A stretch of DNA of 48,447 nucleotides from a virus (taxonomy: Duplodnaviria > Caudoviricetes). Below, one piece after another: positions 41,736 to 48,447 of the stretch. The notes under the pieces are model-generated. The model did not search any database. It had not been told where the DNA came from and worked only from the letters and a program-made list of their open reading frames with translations. The stretch covers positions 1-48,447 of IMG/VR virus record IMGVR_UViG_3300048576_000566; one strand, given 5' to 3'. Both the position numbers and the translations under genes were made by a program. Position 1 is the first letter of the stretch, and each line of letters starts with the position of its first letter.

Positions 41736-44483
41736 ATGGCCTCAATCGACGACCTCAAATCCCGCATCGACCTGCACGACCTGGCCGAGAAGCTCGGCCT
41801 GAAGCGCGGCGTCGGCAAGCTGGCGAACTACCACTCGCCGGCGCACGACGACAAATCCCCGTCGCTCTCCGTCTTCACGCGCAAAGGCAGCCAGGGCTGG
41901 AAGGATCACTCGGCCGACCGCGGCGGCACCTGCATCGATCTGGTGATGTACGTCGAGGGCTGCGACACCTCGGCCGCGATCAAGCGTCTGCACGAGCTCT
42001 ACGGCATCCCGTTCGACACGCCGGCGCCGCGCGAGCAGCGCGAGAAGTCCCGCGCCGAGTTCATTGCCGACCGCTGCATGGCCGAGCGCCTCAAGGCCAT
42101 CGACTATCTCGCCGGCGAGCGCGGCATCCACGAGGACGTCGCGCGCCGCGCCATCGAGAAGGGCGCCGTCGGCTACAACGACTACGTCAGCCCCAAGGTG
42201 CCGGCCGGCGAGCACGGCCACGGCGGCCCCGCGGTGGCCTTCGTCGTCAAGACCCTGAACCCCGGCCACGTCGTTGCCGTCGACATGCGCTACCTGAATC
42301 CCGCGATCAATGGCGGCACCAAGACCCAGTGCCAGGGCGAGAAACAGGGCTACGGCTGGACCAGCGACATCAAGCGGCTGCTTGCCGCCAAAACGATCTA
42401 CCTGGTGGAGTCCCCGATCAACGCCCTCTCGATCGAGTGCTGCCACCTGTATGACTCGGCGGCCTTCGCCATCCGCGGCACCGGCAACGCCGGCAACATC
42501 GATTTCTCCTGGGCGCGCGGCAAGCAGATGATCATCGTCATGGACAACGACGAGCCCTTCCCCGAGGGCCACGCGCAGGCCGGCTTCCGGCCCGGCCTCA
42601 AGGCCGCGTGGCAGCTGCACGAACGCCTGACCGCGATGGACATCTCCGCGCTCCTGGTCGATCAGGAAGAGTGGCAATACAACGACGTCAACGACATCCT
42701 CAAGAAGGAGGGGGCCGACGTGCTCAAGCGCCACATGGTCAAGCTCGAACCCTGGCTGATCCCCGGCATGCCGGCCAGCCGCGACGGCGAGCTCTTCGAT
42801 CGCGCCGTCAAGCGCCGCATCTACCTGCCGTACCACCACGATCTCAAGTACTGGCGCTACCGCGTGCGGCCGGAGTTTACTTCCTACGTGGCCAAGGTCG
42901 AGTCGGGCGCCGAAGGCGAAGTGCAGATGGAATACACCGAACTGGCCGGTTTCCGCGTCGCCTCGATCTCGCGCGTCACCATCGCCAGCGCCACCGCGAC
43001 CATGTCCGGCGACGAGGACAGCCAGGCGCACACCATGTTCGCCGTCAGCGTGCAGACCACCCGCCACGGCGCGCAGCTGCTGCGCAAGGTGGTCGACGAC
43101 GACAAGCTGCACAACATCGACACCTGGAAGCGCTTCGGCCCGGTCTGGAACCAGGCGCAGTTCCTGCGCATGATCAACATCCTCGAGAACGCCGCCCACC
43201 TCGGCGCGCGGCACGCCGCCAACTTCGTCGGGCTGTGCTGGCGCGAGGGCCGCCTGATCGTCAACGAAGGCCCCGACTGCTACTTCACCAACCCGGACCA
43301 GCAGTGCCCGTACCACAATCTGACCTTCCCCTCAGGATCGCGCCAGGACGCGAGAAAAGTCATCGAGGCATACCAACATACGTTCGAGCGGTCCGCCGCT
43401 CTCCTGGCGCTCGTTTGGGGTCTTGGCGGGCACTTGAAGGTTTTGCTCGGTTTCTGGCCCCACATGCAGATGCAGGCCAACAAAGGGATGGGCAAGTCCA
43501 CGCTGATCAAGCGCCTCGAACGCACGCTCGGTTTCACCATGTTCTCCGGGCAGTCGCTCAACACCGAGTATCGCCTGGTCACCTCGATCTCGCACACCTC
43601 GCACCCGGTCGGCTGGGAGGAACTGTCGGCGCGCCGGCAGGAGGTCATCGACAAGGCCGTCGCCCTGCTGCAGGAGAACTACCAGTACACCGTCAACCGC
43701 CGCGGCTCGGAGATGACCGAGTTCCTGCTATCCGCGCCCGTGCTGCTCGCCGGCGAGGACGTCCCGGTGCGTTCGCTGATCGGCAAGCTCGTGCGCACCG
43801 AGCTCAAGGTCAAGGGGCCGCTGATGCCGGAGGACCTGCCGCGCTTCCCGGTGCGCGAGTGGCTGGAATTCCTGACCGGCTTCTCGCCGGCGCAGGTGCG
43901 CGGCATCTACAGCGCCTTCCGCGCCCAGTGCCTGCGCATGAGCCGCGCCACCGAGGCCGACGACGGCGCCACGCGCATGGCGGGCAACTACGCCGCGCTG
44001 CTCACCGCCTGGCGCCTGTTATGCGAGTTCGCTGACCTCGACGTCAAGCAGGGCAATTTCCCGACCGACCTGGTCGCCGGCATGAACGCCCACATCAACG
44101 AGACGAGCGCCGACCGCGAACCCTGGGTGTGGATCATGGAGACCCTGCTGCACGAGCTGGCCACCAGCAACTTCAAGGCGCCGTACCAGTGGGGCCTGGT
44201 GGCGGACCAGGAATGCCTGATCATCCGCACCAGCGACATCATGCACCACCTGTCCAGCACGCCGGCCCTGCGCGAGGCCTGGAACGCCCTGCCGATCAAG
44301 AGCGACCGCGTCTTCAAGCGCCAGCTCATGGCCGCCGAGGTGATCATCAACGACAGCGTCGAGCGCACCATCGGTACGCGCCGCGTCGCGCACATGGCCG
44401 CGATCAGCCTGGCCAGGCTGGCCGACTACAGCCTGTACGCGGCGCCCAATGCCCTGTTCGAAACGGACCTCGCCCCCGCATGA
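41736..44483 (+). CDS. Primase (Toprim)-helicase replication protein
   Basis: N-terminal H.DKSPSLSV (DnaG zinc-binding-like), Toprim LVESPINALS and MDND, Walker A NKGMGKST. Confidence 0.85.
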   Translation: MASIDDLKSRIDLHDLAEKLGLKRGVGKLANYHSPAHDDKSPSLSVFTRKGSQGWKDHSADRGGTCIDLVMYVEGCDTSAAIKRLHELYGIPFDTPAPREQREKSRAEFIADRCMAERLKAIDYLAGERGIHEDVARRAIEKGAVGYNDYVSPKVPAGEHGHGGPAVAFVVKTLNPGHVVAVDMRYLNPAINGGTKTQCQGEKQGYGWTSDIKRLLAAKTIYLVESPINALSIECCHLYDSAAFAIRGTGNAGNIDFSWARGKQMIIVMDNDEPFPEGHAQAGFRPGLKAAWQLHERLTAMDISALLVDQEEWQYNDVNDILKKEGADVLKRHMVKLEPWLIPGMPASRDGELFDRAVKRRIYLPYHHDLKYWRYRVRPEFTSYVAKVESGAEGEVQMEYTELAGFRVASISRVTIASATATMSGDEDSQAHTMFAVSVQTTRHGAQLLRKVVDDDKLHNIDTWKRFGPVWNQAQFLRMINILENAAHLGARHAANFVGLCWREGRLIVNEGPDCYFTNPDQQCPYHNLTFPSGSRQDARKVIEAYQHTFERSAALLALVWGLGGHLKVLLGFWPHMQMQANKGMGKSTLIKRLERTLGFTMFSGQSLNTEYRLVTSISHTSHPVGWEELSARRQEVIDKAVALLQENYQYTVNRRGSEMTEFLLSAPVLLAGEDVPVRSLIGKLVRTELKVKGPLMPEDLPRFPVREWLEFLTGFSPAQVRGIYSAFRAQCLRMSRATEADDGATRMAGNYAALLTAWRLLCEFADLDVKQGNFPTDLVAGMNAHINETSADREPWVWIMETLLHELATSNFKAPYQWGLVADQECLIIRTSDIMHHLSSTPALREAWNALPIKSDRVFKRQLMAAEVIINDSVERTIGTRRVAHMAAISLARLADYSLYAAPNALFETDLAPA

Positions 44484-44602
44484 TCGCCCCCCGCACCCCC
44501 CAAGAATGTCAGCTGCCGCCCCCCAGCCCTTCGGGCTCTTCCGGGAAAAGGGGGGAGCGACCAGGGCGTTTTCGGCAAAAGGTTGCCGGGCGGTGTACAC
44601 CT

Positions 44603-44905
44603 AACCCGTGGATTTCCCGGTCAACCTCGCCTAAGTCCTTGATTGTGTACAACTATGGCCCCACGGGTTGCATGCAATTTTCCACCTGTCGCGGCTCGCA
44701 TTCCACATGTTCAACTGTTTTTTCCACATGTCGATTTTTTGGCCGGTCGTGCCTTCTTCTCTCTATCTCTCTCTATTTAAAGAAGAAAAGAAGAAGAGAA
44801 GAACAGGGAGAAGAGGAGCATGCATCCACGGGTTTTCCGAACTGCCTATTTTTTAATCCACGGGTTATTCACCCGTTCCACCCCTTTTCCGTGGATACAC
44901 GTGGA
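44603..44905. other. Putative replication origin (iterons, IHF-like site, AT-rich pyrimidine/purine tract)
   Basis: Four CCACGGGTT copies (one inverted), three TTCCACMTGT copies, TAAGTCCTTGATT; directly after the primase gene. Confidence 0.55.
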
Positions 44906-44925
44906 ACGTTTTTCGATTGCAAATC

Positions 44926-45135
44926 ATGGAGATAAGCGCAATGGACACCCCCATCCACGCGTCCACCCCTTGTTCTGCGTGTGGTCTACCTGAGGACCTC
45001 GAATTCGACCTCGCTGCGCTCCTCGACGAGGATGATATCTGCCCCTGCTGTGATGGCAGCGGCGGCGACCCGCTGACCGATTTTTCCACCCCATGCGAAT
45101 ATTGTGGCGGCGAAGGGAGGCGGTGGTGGCTGTGA
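44926..45135 (+). CDS. Small DnaJ-type zinc-finger protein
   Basis: CPCCDGSG and CEYCGGEG motifs. Confidence 0.55.
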   Translation: MEISAMDTPIHASTPCSACGLPEDLEFDLAALLDEDDICPCCDGSGGDPLTDFSTPCEYCGGEGRRWWL

Positions 45136-46118
45136 TCATCGAGGACTTCCTGACCTTCAAACAGCGCAACCAGGGCCGCGGGGCCCGCACCGCGGCGGCC
45201 TACGGCGACGCGCTGCGCCGCCTGCAGCTCTTCCTCGACGGCCGCGATCTGCTGTCCGCCCAGCCCGACGAGCTCGAGATGTTCTGCGGCCCCTGGCTGC
45301 ACAAGCAGGGCGTCATGGCCGTCGCGCGCCGGCCGTACATCGCCGCGGTGCGCGAGTTCTTCAAGTGGGCGCGCCACACCCGGCGCGCCCGCGACAACCC
45401 AGCTGCCGGACTCTCATATCCGAAGACCGGCCGGAAGCTGCCGCGCGTGCTCAGCCTGGCCCACGCCGAGCGCCTGATGTGGGCGCCCGACTTCAACACG
45501 TTCAAGGGCGTGCGCGACGCCGCGATCCTCTCGGTGCTGATCGGCTGCGGCCTGCGCATCAGCGGGCTAACCGGCCTCAACCAGGGCCATCTCGCCGGCG
45601 TCGAGCACCGCGGCCAGGTCCGCATGGTCATCAAAGCCCGCGAAAAAGGCGACAAGGAGCGCCTCGTTCCCGTGCCGCGCGAAGCCGAGATGGTCCTGCG
45701 CCTCTACCTCGAGCACCCCGAGCTGAAAGACATCGACCGCACCCTGCCCGACGGCGACCAGGTCCTATTCGTCTCGACCGGCAACCGCGCCATGCCGCCC
45801 CACGAGTACATCGGCGAGGCCCGCCGCATGCATCCACGCTCGATCCGCGACATGATCCGCCAATACGGCCAGGCGGCCGGCATCCCCGTCGAGCAGCTGC
45901 ACCCTCACGCCATGCGCCACCTCTTCGGTACGGAGCTGGCCGAGTCCGACGTCGACCTGCTCGTGCGCCAGGACCTCATGGGCCACGAAGACGTCAAGCA
46001 CACCAAGATCTACACGCACCTCGCCACCCGCAAGAAGCTCGAGGACCTCGATCGAGGCGGCCCGCTGGCCAAGATCAGGACCCCGGTCAGCGAGCTGCTC
46101 TCCCGCCTGAACAAGTAG
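45132..46118 (+). CDS. XerC-like tyrosine recombinase
   Basis: N-terminal SAM-like domain; CGLR, KGDKERLVP, HAMRH, MGH, TKIY. Confidence 0.9.
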   Translation: MIIEDFLTFKQRNQGRGARTAAAYGDALRRLQLFLDGRDLLSAQPDELEMFCGPWLHKQGVMAVARRPYIAAVREFFKWARHTRRARDNPAAGLSYPKTGRKLPRVLSLAHAERLMWAPDFNTFKGVRDAAILSVLIGCGLRISGLTGLNQGHLAGVEHRGQVRMVIKAREKGDKERLVPVPREAEMVLRLYLEHPELKDIDRTLPDGDQVLFVSTGNRAMPPHEYIGEARRMHPRSIRDMIRQYGQAAGIPVEQLHPHAMRHLFGTELAESDVDLLVRQDLMGHEDVKHTKIYTHLATRKKLEDLDRGGPLAKIRTPVSELLSRLNK

Positions 46119-46369
46119 CGCCACTTCCTGGAGGATCCAGCCATGCCCGCGCCCGGGTTCTCATTGCCGCCCACAACGCACCGTGTAGGGGGTAGATGCG
46201 GAGAAAGGATAAGGGTCAATCCCTTGCGGTATGAGGCGGCGGTGTATGGTCGCACTATATAAGCAAACTCTTATCAAGATCGGGCTAAATCGATAGGCGC
46301 TTACAACTGCGCCTTTTGCCATAAAACGAAGTAGAGGCACGCAACCACCGGCATTCACAGGGGGAACAG

Positions 46370-46861
46370 ATGAACGAAAAACGAAGCTCAATCGAGGAAA
46401 ACGCACAGTTCTCCCTCTTTGAAGAAGGGGTGGGGGCTCGGCAGGCCTGCCCCCCGCCCTCCCCCCCGGGGGGTGGGTACCAGGAGACATGCACGGTGCT
46501 GAAATTTTCGGCCCGCCCGCCCGAAGCAAAAAAAAATGCCGATCCGCGCCTCGACGAGTTGGCGCGAATGGGCATTCAGCGCGTGTGGCTGGAGGTGGCC
46601 GAAGCAATCGGCGTCGACGCCTTTCTGACCGTGTGGCGCATTCTCGACGCCGAGCCGGCGTCACACCATAAGGAAGGCCGCCTGCAGCTCAATTTGAAGT
46701 TGTACCGCTCGTATCTGCGCTTCCAGCGGAACCGCTATATCGAGGCGTTGGCCAGAAAGGGGCTCAAGCCCCTCGAAATTCAGTGGCATCTAAACCGGCA
46801 ACTTCGTGAATCGGTCAGCCTCCGTCACATTTCGCGGATCGCCGACGGGGATAGACTGTGA
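46370..46861 (+). CDS. Mor/C-like transcription activator (probable late activator)
   Basis: VAEAIG.DAF...RNRYI..L...G......S.RHISRI pattern; start uncertain. Confidence 0.6.
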   Translation: MNEKRSSIEENAQFSLFEEGVGARQACPPPSPPGGGYQETCTVLKFSARPPEAKKNADPRLDELARMGIQRVWLEVAEAIGVDAFLTVWRILDAEPASHHKEGRLQLNLKLYRSYLRFQRNRYIEALARKGLKPLEIQWHLNRQLRESVSLRHISRIADGDRL

Positions 46862-48447
46862 GCATGGAGAAAAAACGATCTGCGATCATTTATGCCCGAG
46901 TCTCCACGGTCAAGCAGGCTGATGACGGACTGCCGATCAGCAGCCAGGTGGAACAGGCACAGGCGAAGGCGGCGCAGTTGGAGGCGACGGTCCTGCATGT
47001 ATTCAAGGACGAAGGAATATCCGGGCGCACTTCGAACCGACCGGCGTTTCAGAAGGCAGTCGCATTCTGCGCAACGCACAAGGTCGATTATTTCATCGTC
47101 TGGAACACGAGCCGCTTCGCCCGGAACAAGGTCGATGCCGCGAGTTACAAAAGAAACCTGAGGAGTGATGGCACGAAGGTGGTTTATGTCTCAACGGAGA
47201 TCGATTCGGAGACGGATGAGGGATGGTTCTCCGAATCGATTTTCGAGATCATAGACGAGCATTTCAGCCGGACAGTCTCGAAGGACACCAAGCGAAGCAT
47301 GATGAAGAACGCCGCCGATGGTTTCTACAATGGCGGACATGTCCCTTTTGGATATAGAACGGTCCCTGACGGAAAACGGAAACGCCTCGAAATTGAGGAG
47401 AGCGAGGCATCTCTCGTCCGCGACATTTTCAACGCTTATCTCGCGGGCGCCGGCTGCAAGGAATTATCGATGCGCTTCAATGCCGAGGGTCGCCTCCGGC
47501 GGAGAGGTAAGAAATGGAACAAGAACACTTTGGGGCTGCTGCTGAAAAACCCGGTCTATGCAGGATTCATCGTCTTCAATCGCATCTCTCGCGCTGAAGG
47601 TGTGGTCCGTCCGGAGGCTCAATGGATTTACACGAAGAGCCACCCGGAAATTGTCTCTGAGGAGGTTTTTTTGACCGTGCAAAAAATCATGGGAAGCCGG
47701 GCGCCCCGGGAGGGAGGAGGCTCACCTCACAGCCGATTCGTCTTCAGTGGATTGCTGCGCTGCGGTTCGTGCGGCGCTGCGATGCAGACGGAAAGCGCCA
47801 GAGGCCGGAGCGCCACGTACCATTACTACAACTGCCGATCTGCGATCAAAGGCGAGGGGTGCAGGAACAGGCGCGTTCCCGCCGAAGCCTTCGATGACTG
47901 GATAATCTCCGAGATACTGGACAAAATACTGACCCCGGAGCGTATTGCAGATATCATCAAGGAAATTTACGAGTTGCGTGGCGAGTGGTACCTCGAGCGC
48001 GATCGCCGGAGGGACTCTCTTGTAGCGGAGATCAGGGATGCAGAACGGCGCCTCGAGAAGTTGTACGAGACGATGGAGCGCTTTGGTAGGGATACCCCAA
48101 ACCTTGGGGATTTGACCAAACGTCTACGCGAATTGAAGGCACGGATCACAACTGCCGAAAACAGTTTAACGAAGCTGGAGGAAGAAGAAATTCCGGAGAT
48201 AGAAATCGATCAGCGCCAGATTTCTGAGGCTACGGCGTTCCTGCGCGATATGGTCGTTTCGTCCGATGACCCAGCGAAACTTCGGTCTTTTTTTTCTCAG
48301 TTCGTGGACAAAATAATACTCAACGACACTGATGTGCGCGTTGAGTATATTCAGGAAAAACTAGTGAACCAGAAAGGCTTCTCTTTGGTTCATAGTAAGA
48401 CTAAGTGGCTCCCCGACCTGGGCTCGAACCAGGGACCTACGGATTAA
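46858..48447 (+). CDS. Large serine integrase whose 3' end crosses the att site
   Basis: YARVST, DEGISG...RP, SRFARN, PFGY, NPVYAG, zinc ribbon CGSCG...YYNC...C, coiled coil. Confidence 0.95.
   Translation: MSMEKKRSAIIYARVSTVKQADDGLPISSQVEQAQAKAAQLEATVLHVFKDEGISGRTSNRPAFQKAVAFCATHKVDYFIVWNTSRFARNKVDAASYKRNLRSDGTKVVYVSTEIDSETDEGWFSESIFEIIDEHFSRTVSKDTKRSMMKNAADGFYNGGHVPFGYRTVPDGKRKRLEIEESEASLVRDIFNAYLAGAGCKELSMRFNAEGRLRRRGKKWNKNTLGLLLKNPVYAGFIVFNRISRAEGVVRPEAQWIYTKSHPEIVSEEVFLTVQKIMGSRAPREGGGSPHSRFVFSGLLRCGSCGAAMQTESARGRSATYHYYNCRSAIKGEGCRNRRVPAEAFDDWIISEILDKILTPERIADIIKEIYELRGEWYLERDRRRDSLVAEIRDAERRLEKLYETMERFGRDTPNLGDLTKRLRELKARITTAENSLTKLEEEEIPEIEIDQRQISEATAFLRDMVVSSDDPAKLRSFFSQFVDKIILNDTDVRVEYIQEKLVNQKGFSLVHSKTKWLPDLGSNQGPTD
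48356..48395 (-). terminator. Phage-supplied terminator-like hairpin downstream of the tRNA
   Basis: Minus strand CTATGAACCA...TGGTTCACTAG followed by TTTTT, 10 nt after the tRNA CCA. Confidence 0.5.
48406..48418. repeat. Right attachment site core
   Basis: TGGCTCCCCGACC identical to 660-672. Confidence 0.9.
48406..48447 (-). tRNA. 3' half of tRNA-Asn (truncated by window edge)
   Basis: Reverse complement TTAATCCGTAGGTCCCTGGTTCGAGCCCAGGTCGGGGAGCCA has the T-loop GGTTCGA, discriminator G and CCA; anticodon only partly visible. Confidence 0.85.

Larger units (their letters stand above)
660..48418. mobile_element. Complete temperate siphovirus-like prophage integrated in tRNA-Asn
   Basis: 13-bp direct repeats at both ends; serine integrase at the right end; head, tail, lysis, immunity and replication modules all present. 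Confidence 0.93.

Noticed and set aside
44603-44905. Repeats as a CRISPR array
   Set aside because: Units are 9-10 bp, irregularly spaced and in both orientations; no cas genes
45132-46118. XerC-like gene as the integrase for the tRNA site
   Set aside because: Not excluded experimentally, but the att core lies within the serine integrase gene and is in frame with it on both sides

Overview
Almost the whole window (660..48418) is one apparently complete ~47.8 kb GC-rich, siphovirus-like prophage. It is integrated into the 3' end of a minus-strand tRNA-Asn gene, with the 13-bp att core TGGCTCCCCGACC at 660-672 and 48406-48418. Gene order: accessory virion/appendage module (signal-peptide protein, LamG-M14 peptidase, Gly-rich protein, adaptor); terminases; portal with a foreign C-terminal extension; MuF with a HExxH domain; morons, one under a LexA box; fused protease-scaffold-capsid; neck; lysis cassette; lambda-like tail with a -1 frameshift; immunity switch; early genes; primase-helicase and probable origin; two tyrosine recombinases; a Mor-like activator; a large serine integrase. 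Three observations stand out. (1) A complete diversity-generating retroelement (avd, TR, RT) diversifies two tandem small genes in the early operon, not a tail fibre; its TR sits inside the RT reading frame and 8-bp tandem repeats follow each VR. (2) The att core lies inside the integrase gene, so the excised phage would encode an integrase ending in an ssrA-like -LAA degron while the prophage form ends in a tail read from the tRNA antisense strand. (3) A conserved 48-bp probable late-promoter motif occurs twice. All family assignments come from motif recognition by eye, not from database searches.
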